From Nitrosopumilus sp. (GTDB lineage Archaea; Thermoproteota; Nitrososphaeria; Nitrososphaerales; Nitrosopumilaceae), in NCBI GenBank assembly GCA_963667665.2, contig OY763927.2, positions 288,001 to 352,000 of the forward strand: a DNA stretch of 64,000 bases, read 5' to 3'. This document shows, one piece after another, positions 30,259 to 40,550 of the stretch (its first letter is position 1; each line of letters starts with the position of its first letter). Position numbers and translations under genes: made by a program. The notes beneath the pieces were generated by a model. The model was given only the letters and a program-made list of their open reading frames with translations. It did no database searches and was not told where the DNA came from.

Positions 30259-30369
30259 TCACTCTGATATCTGAGTCATTTTCTTATCACAATTAGGACA
30301 TGATACATTTGTAATGTTTTCAGCCAAAGTCATCGACATGTCACAATTTGTACAAATCCAAATAGGCAT
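30259..30369 (-). CDS. Zn-ribbon microprotein (36 aa)
   Basis: MPIWICTNCDMSMTLAENITNVSCPNCDKKMTQISE. Confidence 0.6.
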   Translation of the reverse strand: MPIWICTNCDMSMTLAENITNVSCPNCDKKMTQISE

Positions 30370-30483
30370 TAGAAATATGTTATGAATTTTTGATTTAATC
30401 ATATATGGAATTTCTCAAAAATGGGAAATATTTTTTTTACCAAATTTGGGAATTTTTATTAATCACATTTTTTACCATCATTC

Positions 30484-30615
30484 ATGGTAGTATGTTGTAT
30501 TTGCAAGGCAGTTCAAGGAACGCTCAAAATTAAAGATGGAAATCCAAAATACAAAGGAAAACCAATTTGCAAAGAATGTGAAGGTTATCGCAAACTACTA
30601 AGAAATACAAAATAA
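30484..30615 (+). CDS. Zn-finger microprotein (43 aa)
   Basis: MVVCCICKAVQGTLKIKDGNPKYKGKPICKECEGYRKLLRNTK. Confidence 0.6.
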   Translation: MVVCCICKAVQGTLKIKDGNPKYKGKPICKECEGYRKLLRNTK

Positions 30616-30669
30616 AATTCACTTGTTGATTTTTAGAATTAGAATCTGATCTCTAGATTTTAGTCATAT

Positions 30670-30912
30670 TTACTTTTTTGGCTTGTTTTTCTTTGCCCAT
30701 TCTTCGTACATTTTGATTAGTTCATCAACGTCTTTGCCATCTTCTGAATAAGTAATGATTACCCCAAATTTTCCCTTAGTGTCATGTCCTCGTGCAAAAT
30801 ATCCCCAAAAAGAGTCTGGCAGTTTTACATAATTATTTGAATCATGTGATACTCCAATCAGATTATTTCCAATAACTTCAACTACTTTTTTTGCATCACT
30901 AGCTTCAATCAT
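30670..30912 (-). CDS. Conserved hypothetical protein
   Basis: Starts 2 nt after the aspS stop. Confidence 0.75.
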   Translation of the reverse strand: MIEASDAKKVVEVIGNNLIGVSHDSNNYVKLPDSFWGYFARGHDTKGKFGVIITYSEDGKDVDELIKMYEEWAKKNKPKK

Positions 30913-30914
30913 GA

Positions 30915-32201
30915 TTATGGGCTCAACCTATCAGGATCTCTAGGATACAATACAACTTCACGTACATTATCAACACCAATTAGTGTCGTCATTAACCTGT
31001 CTAATCCCATTCCCCAACCAGAGTGTGGTGGCATTCCCCAATCAAATGTTTTTAGATGGTCTGTAAATTGTGCAGGATCCAAACCTTGCTCTGCTAGTCT
31101 TGACTTTAACAACTCTGAATCATGTAAACGAGTTCCACCAGAGGATAGTTCTAAAAATCCATATTGCAAATCAAATGAACGAGACAATGTTGCATCATCA
31201 TCTTTTTCTCTAATGTAAAATGGTTTTAACTTCATTGGCCAGTCCATCAAAAAGTAAAATCCTGGATGATTCTTACCAATTATTCTAAGATGCGAATCAA
31301 GCAAGTCATCACCAAATTCTACTTTCTCACCTTCTTTTTTTAATTCTTCAATACAATCTTTGTAGGTGATTCTCTCAAATGGAGATGTGGGAACCTCTAT
31401 TGTGTGACCAATAACTTCTTGCTCTTTCTTACAGTTTTCTGAGACAAACTTGTAAACTTCAAGTACTAAATATTCTAAAATATCCATGACATCCTCATAG
31501 TCCATAAATGCAGCTTCAATGTCGATACTGGTAAATTCAGTTAGATGGCGTCCTGTGTGAGAATTCTCTGCACGATAAAAGTTTGAAATCTCAAAGACTC
31601 GCTCAAGACCAATTGTCATTTGTTCTTTGTATAGTTGAGGACTTTGTGCCAAGTAAGCTGTTTTTCCAAAATAATCTAATGAAAACAAGTCTGCACCACC
31701 TTCACTTGCACTACCGATAATTTTTGGTGTAGTAATTTCCAAGAATTTTTTCTCTGATAGTGTTTTACGTAATGATTGCAATACATGGTGTCGTAATTTA
31801 AAAATCGATGCAGTTTTTTGGTTTCGCATGTCTAGTGCTCGATGGTTTAGTCTTGTGTCAATGTTACTTTCTAGTCTACCAATTGGATCAATTGGCAATG
31901 GATGGATTGCTTTACCTAAAACTTCAATCTCTTCTGCTTTTACCTCAAATGAAAAATCCCTAGCTTTGGTTTCCTGTACTATTCCTTTTACTCGAACTAC
32001 ACTTTGACGATTAATTTCACCTAGTGTGTCATTTAGTTCCCCCTTGACTATAACTTGAGAAATTCCTGATATATCACGTATGGTAATGAATGTCATCTTT
32101 CCTAATTTTCGAAGGTCTTCAATCCAGCCTCCTAATACTACTTGTTTTCCAATTAATTCTGTAGTTAATTCTGAAATATCGTGAGTTTTTATAAAAACCA
32201 T
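30915..32201 (-). CDS. aspS: Aspartate--tRNA(Asp/Asn) ligase, archaeal type
   Basis: OB fold, LAQSPQLYK, YRAE...RHLTEF and GMPPHSGWGMGLDR motifs. Confidence 0.96.
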   Translation of the reverse strand: MVFIKTHDISELTTELIGKQVVLGGWIEDLRKLGKMTFITIRDISGISQVIVKGELNDTLGEINRQSVVRVKGIVQETKARDFSFEVKAEEIEVLGKAIHPLPIDPIGRLESNIDTRLNHRALDMRNQKTASIFKLRHHVLQSLRKTLSEKKFLEITTPKIIGSASEGGADLFSLDYFGKTAYLAQSPQLYKEQMTIGLERVFEISNFYRAENSHTGRHLTEFTSIDIEAAFMDYEDVMDILEYLVLEVYKFVSENCKKEQEVIGHTIEVPTSPFERITYKDCIEELKKEGEKVEFGDDLLDSHLRIIGKNHPGFYFLMDWPMKLKPFYIREKDDDATLSRSFDLQYGFLELSSGGTRLHDSELLKSRLAEQGLDPAQFTDHLKTFDWGMPPHSGWGMGLDRLMTTLIGVDNVREVVLYPRDPDRLSP

Positions 32202-32288
32202 ACCTATCTTGTATCCTCAAATTCTATATCAATGTCAAGGTTTCGGTATGTCGTAAATTTTTAATTCCTAGTTTAGTTCAAAGATATC

Positions 32289-33227
32289 ATGACTTTTCTT
32301 TCCGTAAAGGGGTTGTCTGCAAAATACACTTCATCTCAAGGTCCAGTTTATGCAGTTGATGATGTAGATTTCCATCTAGAAGATGGAGAATCAATGGGAA
32401 TTGCAGGTGAGAGTGCATGTGGTAAAAGTACATTGGGGTTATCCCTAATTCGAATGCTTTCAGGTGGTAAAACTGATGGTGAAATTGAATTTGATGGAGA
32501 ATCAATCTTAGAAATGAAAGAATCTGATTTTGATGAAAAATATAGGTGGAAAAAAATCTCCATGGTTTTTCAAGGAGCTATGAATTCACTAGATCCTGTT
32601 TTTACAATTAATGAACAATTCCTTGAAATTCTAAAAGAACACAATTTTGATGGTGATACTAAAGAAATAATCTCTAATACTATCCATTCAGTTAGTCTTG
32701 ATGAACAAGTTCTGAAAAAATATCCTCATGAGCTAAGTGGTGGAATGAAACAAAGAGTAGTTATTGCAATGGCATTGCTTCTAAAACCAAAATTTGTAAT
32801 TGCTGATGAGCCAACTACTGCACTTGATGTATTGATCCAAGCACAGATTGTAAATTTATTAAAAAATCTCAAAAAAAATGACATGTCCTTTATGCTAATT
32901 ACACATGATTTGGCAGTACTCTCTGAAATTGCAGATAAGATTGGTATCATGTATGGTGGACATATGGTAGAGTTTGGCTCATCACAAGAAATCTACAAAA
33001 ATCCAAAGCATCCATACACCCAAGGACTCTTAGAATCAATTCCAACACTGAAAGGCGGTACTCCAAAATATATCAAGGGAATTCCTCCAAGCTTACTTGA
33101 TGCACCAACTCAATGTCGATTTATAGACAGATGTCCTTTAGTAATTGAGAAATGCAAACAAGTTCCTCCAAAATTTAAAACCAAAACTGGATATGTTAGA
33201 TGTTGGCTTTATGAAGAAGAAAAATAA
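32289..33227 (+). CDS. Oligopeptide/dipeptide ABC transporter ATP-binding subunit (OppD/DppD-like)
   Basis: GESACGKST, LSGGMKQR, DEPTTALD, HPYT and C-terminal Cys motif. Confidence 0.92.
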   Translation: MTFLSVKGLSAKYTSSQGPVYAVDDVDFHLEDGESMGIAGESACGKSTLGLSLIRMLSGGKTDGEIEFDGESILEMKESDFDEKYRWKKISMVFQGAMNSLDPVFTINEQFLEILKEHNFDGDTKEIISNTIHSVSLDEQVLKKYPHELSGGMKQRVVIAMALLLKPKFVIADEPTTALDVLIQAQIVNLLKNLKKNDMSFMLITHDLAVLSEIADKIGIMYGGHMVEFGSSQEIYKNPKHPYTQGLLESIPTLKGGTPKYIKGIPPSLLDAPTQCRFIDRCPLVIEKCKQVPPKFKTKTGYVRCWLYEEEK

Positions 33228-33252
33228 TTCTAACTTCTCAACAATAAATTGT

Positions 33253-33627
33253 TTAAGAGTGTATTTTTACAATTGGCAAACATGAATCTATAATTCTTAA
33301 CATTTCAGTTCTTAGAACTTTTTTATCAACTGATATCCATACTCTAACCTTTTTAATTGCAAAAGCAATGATCTGCACTTTACTTCGCTCTTCCCACACA
33401 AATTCAATCTCTCCTAAATTCTTATCAAAGAATCCTTCAAGATCCGTCTTTATTGCAATGTGTGAGAATTGATATTTTGTATTTTTGGCATCCAACAGAG
33501 GTTCTAGGTCATCTCTTCTTCTATGGGCTAGTAACTCTCCGCTCTCATTAATTACGCCTACAAATCTGACAAATGGGCTAATGCCTGCTATATTTCCACA
33601 AATTTTTTCATAGTCATTGTTTGTCAT
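33253..33627 (-). CDS. Roadblock/profilin-like DUF6659-type protein
   Basis: VRFVGVINESGELLA..RR...PLL pattern. Confidence 0.7.
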   Translation of the reverse strand: MTNNDYEKICGNIAGISPFVRFVGVINESGELLAHRRRDDLEPLLDAKNTKYQFSHIAIKTDLEGFFDKNLGEIEFVWEERSKVQIIAFAIKKVRVWISVDKKVLRTEMLRIIDSCLPIVKIHS

Positions 33628-33740
33628 TTAATTTGGTTGCAAAAATATGATATTTTAATGATTGTCTCAATATCTGCGTGAACTATTTTCCTAAATCTTT
33701 TTAACATCGACGTTAATCATACATTTTTTGAAATATTTAA

Positions 33741-34247
33741 TCAAAAGACTAATGCGAATCCAGACACTACAGCAATTGTCTTTACCATTTTACCTGTGAC
33801 CATAAATACAATGAATTTACTAAATTTCATTTTCTTTACACCAGCAGAAATCAAAATAAAATCTCCAATTACTGGAATCCATGATGCAAAAAATACTGCA
33901 CCCCAACCAAATTTATCAAGCAGTTTGTTGCCTTTCTTTTCATGTTTAACCTCATTTCCGTTTTTCTTTTTTCGTAATTTGTTGATTAGTTTGTTTCCTC
34001 CAAATCCAATAAAATAATTCAGCACCCCACCGATTATAGATCCTAGACCCAATACAAAACCAACAAGAAATACATTTTCTCCTCCAATCAATAATGCTGA
34101 TGTCAGAATTTCAGTAGGCAATGGTATTGCCGTAGCTGATAACAATGAATTAAGAAATAACCCAATTATTCCATAATCCTGAAATACATTGTTGGCTAGG
34201 ATTTCCTGCGTCATTTGGTAATATTCCATAATTAATTCATAACTCAT
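33741..34247 (-). CDS. YqaA/DedA (VTT) membrane protein
   Basis: LSATAIPLPTE, GSIIGG..NYFIG and WIPVIGD motifs. Confidence 0.85.
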   Translation of the reverse strand: MSYELIMEYYQMTQEILANNVFQDYGIIGLFLNSLLSATAIPLPTEILTSALLIGGENVFLVGFVLGLGSIIGGVLNYFIGFGGNKLINKLRKKKNGNEVKHEKKGNKLLDKFGWGAVFFASWIPVIGDFILISAGVKKMKFSKFIVFMVTGKMVKTIAVVSGFALVF

Positions 34248-34369
34248 GATTACTACCTTGTTTTGTAAGAGTCAAAATAAAACCATCTCTGATATTACTT
34301 ATTTTCAATTGTTTAAAGCCTTGAAAAATATTCGTTTTCAATAAATAATGCCTGAAAATAGTTTGAATA

Positions 34370-35007
34370 TTGAATTTTTCTGATTTATTCCCATTTGCTG
34401 CAGGTGATGGTTATCTGATTTTAGCTTTAGTCAATTTCTTTGGGTCCCTTATCCCATTTGTCCCATTACAGGGATTTTTGTTGCTTGCTACAATGTCTGT
34501 TGGAAATGAATATGATTTACATGTTTTGGATTGGTATCTGCCATCACTGCTGCTGTCGCAAAACAAATGATCTTTTTTGTTAGCTTTAGCGGTAGGAAAA
34601 TCATGAATGAAAAAACTCAAAAAAGAATGCGCCCATTTGAAAGATTAGTGAAAAGATATGGCGTAGCTGCTGCATTTGTTGCTGCAGCAACTCCAATGCC
34701 TGATGATATAATATTTGTTCCATTAGGACTGGCAAAATATAATCCAAAAAGATTTTTTGTTGCAACCCTTACTGGAAAAATTGTTCTTAGTTACATCATT
34801 GTTTTTATTTCTCACTATGTTGGATTGTCTTTCATTGAACCTTTCTTAGAAAATATTGATGATGCTACACCTGTTTACATTGGAATTATTGTTTTTGGAG
34901 CAATAATGACTGCAATTATAGTTCTACTTTTAAAATTGGATTGGCAAAGAATTATGGGAAAATTTGCTCCATGGACATTAGATGAAAATAATCCAGAAGA
35001 AGATTAA
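34370..35007 (+). pseudogene. DedA/VTT membrane protein split by a 1-nt deletion
   Basis: ORFs 34370..34570 and 34531..35007 join as HVLx-LVSAITAA if one base is restored near 34528; ATPMPDD motif. Confidence 0.75.
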
Positions 35008-35561
35008 ATTTTTATTTTAAAATTCCACAACTTGTCTGTTGCTTCTTTAATTCCTATTCTTGGTGATTTGGTAATCATTACTGGTTTTATTCCATCTGTG
35101 ATGAATAACTTTGAATGTTTTGTCAAATCTATACCATAATGCTCTTTAGTTATTTTCAATGCTTGAGTTAATTTCGCTGGCCCATTTGTGAGATTTACAA
35201 AATTTACCCCTTTTCTGTTTTCTTGAATTAATTTAATTCCTTTTTCGGGTTGGATTGCACGAATTAAAACAGCCCCTGCTTTAATTTTTGGATTTTTTGC
35301 TACTACATTAAAACAATAATGCATTCCATATGTAAAATAGACGTAAGCGATTCCTACATCTCCAAACATCACTCTGTTTCTTTCAGTAATTTTTCTAAAT
35401 GCATGACTTGCAGGATCATCTTTGTGCCTATATGCTTCAGTTTCTATAATGATTCCTGATATTTCATGTCTACCTATTTTTCTGACAATTCTTTTTCCAA
35501 GAAGGTTTTTTGCAACAGTTACTGTATTTTTTAAATAAAATTTCCTAGGAAGTATATTCAA
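35004..35561 (-). CDS. 3-methyladenine DNA glycosylase (MPG/AAG)
   Basis: IETEAY, DPASH, YVYFTYGMHYC, AVLIRA, GPAKL and RIGI motifs. Confidence 0.93.
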   Translation of the reverse strand: MNILPRKFYLKNTVTVAKNLLGKRIVRKIGRHEISGIIIETEAYRHKDDPASHAFRKITERNRVMFGDVGIAYVYFTYGMHYCFNVVAKNPKIKAGAVLIRAIQPEKGIKLIQENRKGVNFVNLTNGPAKLTQALKITKEHYGIDLTKHSKLFITDGIKPVMITKSPRIGIKEATDKLWNFKIKI

Positions 35562-36138
35562 TATCTACTGTAACCTCTTTGTCATTTTTTAAATCTCTAA
35601 TCAAATCAAACAGTTTTACAATGTCATTTTTTAGCACATCAATTAATTTTTGATTGTATATTGTAGCTGCTGGATGAATAGTTAAAAAATATAATAAATT
35701 ATCTTTTCGTACTACTTTACCTCTATGTTTTGTAATCTCTGATCCACCTAAAATTGAATTAAATGCAGTATTTCCTAAAATACAAATAAGTTTTGGTTTG
35801 ATTGTGGCAATTTCTTGTTTTAGATATTCTTTACAAGTGTCTCGCTCATTAGCGGTGGGAACTCTATTGTTTGGAGGTCTACACTTTACAATATTTGTAA
35901 TGTAAATGTCGTCTCTTGAAATCCCTGCCTCATCAAGTGCAACTGAGAGTTTTTTTCCTGCAACTCCAATGAATGGCTCTCCGTTTTGGTCCTCATTTTT
36001 TCCTGGTGCTTCACCGACAAAGATCACATCTGATTGAAAATTTCCTTTTCCTGGCACTGCATTTATTCGTGTTTTACACAAATTACACTTTGTACATTTT
36101 ATGACATTTTGTTTTACTATTTCTAATTCTTGGGTCAT
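35545..36138 (-). CDS. Uracil-DNA glycosylase family 4
   Basis: CTKCNL, GEAPG, KCRPPNNR and HPAA motifs. Confidence 0.93.
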   Translation of the reverse strand: MTQELEIVKQNVIKCTKCNLCKTRINAVPGKGNFQSDVIFVGEAPGKNEDQNGEPFIGVAGKKLSVALDEAGISRDDIYITNIVKCRPPNNRVPTANERDTCKEYLKQEIATIKPKLICILGNTAFNSILGGSEITKHRGKVVRKDNLLYFLTIHPAATIYNQKLIDVLKNDIVKLFDLIRDLKNDKEVTVDIEYTS

Positions 36139-36141
36139 TTT

Positions 36142-37563
36142 CTAATTTACACTCTTTACTGTTGCAATTCCTCGAATTGATGGTCCACCATTACCCATTA
36201 TCATTGATTGCATAGGATCACCTTTCCCACAATTAGTTATTGGTCGTATGGTGAAATCATTTCCACAAGCATCAATTGATTCAAAAAATTCTGGGGCTAT
36301 TCCCATTACAATTACATCTCTAAGTAAATCCGTAATTTCTCCATTCTCAATTTTTTGGGCATATTGGCATGAAATACTCCAGTTGTATCGTTTCATGTCA
36401 ATTGAAGGAATTTTCATATTGGATATGTAATATCCATTTTTGACTCCTTTTATCATCTCATTTACGCCCCAATCCCCATTTCCAATACATGTGCATGCCA
36501 TACGAATTAGAGGCATGAATCTGTAGTTTGTCGCCCTCATATTTCCAGTGGATGGTGTATTGAAAATTTCTGCAGTTTCTCTATTTTGCATATGATTTTT
36601 TAAAACTCCGTTCTCAACTAGAGTTGTTTTTTTTGTTTCAACTCCTTCATCATCAAAATAATACCATCCTAAACTTTCTTTGATGGTTGGGTCATCAAAC
36701 ACATTTAATTTCTCTGATCCAATTTTTTCTCCAATTTTTCCTTTCCACCATGCACCTCCAGCCCATGCCATCTCTTTTCCCAAAACTCTGTCTGCTTCTG
36801 ATGGATGACCTAATATTTCATGTGTAAGTAATGATACAAAATCTGGATTCATTACAACTGTAGCTTTTTCTTCCTTTGCAGGTTTTGCATCAATTAACTG
36901 TGATGCTTTTAGTGCAATCTCTTTTGCACTTTGGTGAATCATATTTTCATTGGTAATTTGCTCCATTCCTCCTCTCCCCCCTTCTGTTATGTTTATTGAC
37001 TGTGTAAGTCCTGATTCATGAGCAGTAGCTATCATGTCTACTACTACATCTGTAAAGTTTTGTATAATTTCTGAACCTTCACTGTTTACAAAATATTTTG
37101 AATTAATTGTATACCATGGGTTGACAACTGATTTGATTATTCTTGGAGTGTCTGAAATAATTTTGTCACATTCAAACCCAATCTTCATTAATTCTTCTAG
37201 TTCAGGTTTTTTTAAAACTGGAAAATCTATCTTGGTTTTGTTAATTGTATTTGGATATAGTTTGATTTTATTTTTTTTATTTTCTGCATAGTGTAAAGAA
37301 TTTCTTAGAGCATCATCTATAATTTCTTTTATTTGTTCTATGGACTTTGGATTTGTAATTGAACAAAAACTCCATACTCCATCTTTTACTAGTCTAATCC
37401 CAATTCCTTCATCCTTGTTGGTTCTAACATGTTCTATCTCTCCATTTTCTATGAGTGCTGATTTTCTTTCTTGTAGTTCTGCTCTTGCATCGCAATATTG
37501 GGCTCCTGAATCAATTGCATATCTTATTACATTATCTGCCAATTCTTGTAGGCGTGAATCCAT
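36142..37563 (-). CDS. tldD: TldD/PmbA family metalloprotease
   Basis: HEILGHPSEADR, DDEG and CGK motifs. Confidence 0.9.
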   Translation of the reverse strand: MDSRLQELADNVIRYAIDSGAQYCDARAELQERKSALIENGEIEHVRTNKDEGIGIRLVKDGVWSFCSITNPKSIEQIKEIIDDALRNSLHYAENKKNKIKLYPNTINKTKIDFPVLKKPELEELMKIGFECDKIISDTPRIIKSVVNPWYTINSKYFVNSEGSEIIQNFTDVVVDMIATAHESGLTQSINITEGGRGGMEQITNENMIHQSAKEIALKASQLIDAKPAKEEKATVVMNPDFVSLLTHEILGHPSEADRVLGKEMAWAGGAWWKGKIGEKIGSEKLNVFDDPTIKESLGWYYFDDEGVETKKTTLVENGVLKNHMQNRETAEIFNTPSTGNMRATNYRFMPLIRMACTCIGNGDWGVNEMIKGVKNGYYISNMKIPSIDMKRYNWSISCQYAQKIENGEITDLLRDVIVMGIAPEFFESIDACGNDFTIRPITNCGKGDPMQSMIMGNGGPSIRGIATVKSVN

Positions 37564-37844
37564 GATTAATGAAATTCAGAGAGGTTCCTAAATCTTCTGT
37601 ATTGTACTAATTTGAAATTGCAGGCATTGTAAAGTAGTATTCGTCTTCAAATTCATAGTCTGATATGCCTTTTTTACGCAGAAATTCAAAATACTCTGTG
37701 CAATTTTTGTAAAATTCGCTATTTTTACTATATTCTTGCGTCATACTTTCTTTCTCTAAATCTACATTATTTCAAGAGAGTGAGAAATTTTAGTTCTGAG
37801 AGTTTGTTTTCTTTAAGCAGAATTTATGGCTCATTTTGTTTGCT

Positions 37845-39706
37845 TTATGATTTAGGAATTGTAAATGAAAATGTGGCTCCTTGATTTAGAACACTCTCCA
37901 TAGATATGTTACCTTTATGACTTTCAATAATTCCTTTACAAATTGCAAGACCTAGCCCACTTCCCCCTCTTTCTCTTGTAAGTGTAGCATCAACTTGGTA
38001 GAATTTTTTGAATAATTCTTTTTGCTTGTCTTGCTGAATTCCTATTCCGTTATCTTTTATGCTGATTTTTATTTCTGAAGGAAGATCTTCCATTGAAATT
38101 TCAATTTTACCTGTATTGGATTTTGTTGCAACTAAACTATTTTTGATTAGATTTGTCATAACTTGTCTTATTCTTTCTTGATCATGATCGATTGTCAAGT
38201 CTACTACATTGGATTTAATTTTAATATTATTTTCTTCTGCTTCTGGTTTTAATGATTCAATTGCTTTATCTACTGTTTCTTTGATGTTGGTATTTGATAT
38301 TTTCATACTTAGTTGACCTAATTCTAATTTTTGTGCATCAAGTAAATCTGAAATAATTGATAACAATGATTCAGAACTAGATTTGATAATTTGTATTCTT
38401 TCTTTTTGTTTATCGTTTAGTTTTCCTAAATGTTCACCAAGTAAAATATCTGAATATCCTTGAATTGGAACTAGCGGTGTTTTTAATTCGTGAGTGATCA
38501 TTGCAAGAAATTCATCTTTTGCAATATCAGTTTTCTTTGCTTCTTCTTCTTTCTCTTTGATGGTGTTGGACATTATGTTGAAAGTTTGAACTAATTGCCC
38601 TACTTCATCAGTTCCTGAATATTCAATTTTTTCACCATATGCTCCTTCTTTTACTCTAGATAGAGCCTGTGTGATTGTTGCAAGAGGCGATAGTGATTTT
38701 CTAATTACAAATAACACCAAAAAGAATACTGCAATGTCCGCAACTAAAATTAACTGAATTATTGTTTCTTCTTCAGAACCTTGTGCTGTGATAATTAAAT
38801 TCCACTTTTCTAAAAGTTTGTCAATATCAGTATAAAGTAATTCTTTTTGGGCGTTCATCTCCTTTTTTGCAATATTAAACTCAGGTGATAATAGTGCCCT
38901 TTCTTCTAGAATTGAAATTTTTACTTGCATTGATTCCCATAATGGATCTAATTGGCGTAATGCATTCGAATTTTCTCTAGGTACTGGAATTAATTCTTCA
39001 TGTTCTTTTCCTACACTTTCAACGTCTAGTTCCACTGTATCGATCTGAAGTAATTTTCTAATTCCTATTTCAAATTCTAATCTATTTTCTTTTAATTTAT
39101 TTTGAGAGCCCTCTTCTTCTCCAATTGATATCAGCAAAGTTTGTTGTCCTATAACATTGACATTTTCAGCTAAATCTTTGGCAATCTGTTTATGTTTGTT
39201 ATAATCTCTTCCTAGATTTTCAAATTCATTAACCATATTATTACTAAGTAAAACTAATTCATTGTTTTTCTCTAAAATATAATTCACAGCTTTTATGGCT
39301 TCTGGATCAAAAACTGATGTATTTTCTGCATGCTGAGCTTTTGATTTGTAAGACTCCCATGATGTTACTACTTTGTTATAGTCTGTAGTTAATGCTAATG
39401 GAATTTTTTCTAATGATTGACCTTTGATAGATCCTCCATTTTTTATTACATACACTATGTTTTCCACTTCTATAATCTGTTATCTAATTGTTCTTTGTCT
39501 TCTTGATTACCACTTGCTACTGATGTAGCTAATGATGAAATAGATTCTGCAGCTACTTTGACATCTCCTACTCTGATAATTGAATATGATTGTGTAGTCT
39601 GTGAATTACTATCTTGATAAAATAAGAATAAATTAAGTGCAGCAGCTGAAATCAAAATTGCTACCAATAAGTATGTCTTACTGATTAGTTTCACAATAAA
39701 ACTCAC
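37845..39706 (-). CDS. Membrane HAMP sensor histidine kinase (frameshift near 39478)
   Basis: HELKTPL, N box, DNGIG and GSGLGL motifs; N-terminal TM ORF 39470..39706 joins in frame if one base is restored. Confidence 0.85.
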
Positions 39707-39755
39707 TTAGCACAGGGTATAAAAATAATAGGTGAATTTTGTTTATACACACATC

Positions 39756-40115
39756 ATGTCTGATGAATTTATTGAAATTGCTACAAAAGAAATTAATGAA
39801 GAAATATCTGGGATGGAACAATTATTGTCTGCATGTCAAAATGACGCTGATGTTTTTTCTAGTGCTGGTAAATTTCAAAAACACACTCACAAAATCAAGG
39901 GATTAGCACCAATGATGGGCAAAGAGGAACTTGGCAGTTTTTCTGCAATATTAGATTCAATTTTGAAAAAAATGATTGATGGCGTTATAATTGATGGCAT
40001 TTTTAATGACATGACTGATTCTATTTCTTTAATGAAAAAATCCATGTCTGAGCCTAAGTGTGATTTGGCAGAAATTAAAAATAGAATTTCCCAAATTCTG
40101 AATAACCTAAAATAG
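39756..40115 (+). CDS. Hpt (histidine phosphotransfer) domain protein
   Basis: HKIKGLAPMMG motif; alternative GTG start at 39732. Confidence 0.85.
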   Translation: MSDEFIEIATKEINEEISGMEQLLSACQNDADVFSSAGKFQKHTHKIKGLAPMMGKEELGSFSAILDSILKKMIDGVIIDGIFNDMTDSISLMKKSMSEPKCDLAEIKNRISQILNNLK

Positions 40116-40150
40116 CTAATATTTTTAATCACTTTTTCTCATATTTTAGA

Positions 40151-40513
40151 ATGGGAAAAATAATGATTGCAGATGATTCTGATGCAATCCGATTAGTGCT
40201 CACTGATATTTTGTCAATTGGTGAACATGAGATAGTTTCAGAAGCTAATGATGGTGCAGAAGCAGTTGATTTTTACCAAAAAAGTAATCCTGAAATACTT
40301 TTGTTAGATTTGGCGATGCCAAAAAAAGATGGATTAACTGTAGTTAAAGAAGTAATGGCATTTGATCCTAATGCAAAAATTATTCTAATTACTGCTAGTG
40401 ATGATCAAAAAGTAATCAAAGCATGTTTAGATTGTGGTGCAACATCCTACATTTCAAAACCATTTGATTTTAAAGCTGTCTTAAAAGCAATTAGTGGTAT
40501 TTTAGCAAAGTAA
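40151..40513 (+). CDS. CheY-like response regulator
   Basis: ADDS, LDLAMPKKDG and KPF motifs. Confidence 0.92.
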   Translation: MGKIMIADDSDAIRLVLTDILSIGEHEIVSEANDGAEAVDFYQKSNPEILLLDLAMPKKDGLTVVKEVMAFDPNAKIILITASDDQKVIKACLDCGATSYISKPFDFKAVLKAISGILAK

Positions 40514-40550
40514 TTTAGGGAATAAATTTATTACAAAATAGATAGAAAAC

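Noticed and set aside
27027-36138. Two UDGs plus MPG as a novel repair system
   Set aside because: Family 4 and family 5 UDGs and MPG are ordinary base-excision repair genes; the family 5 gene is about 7 kb from the other two.
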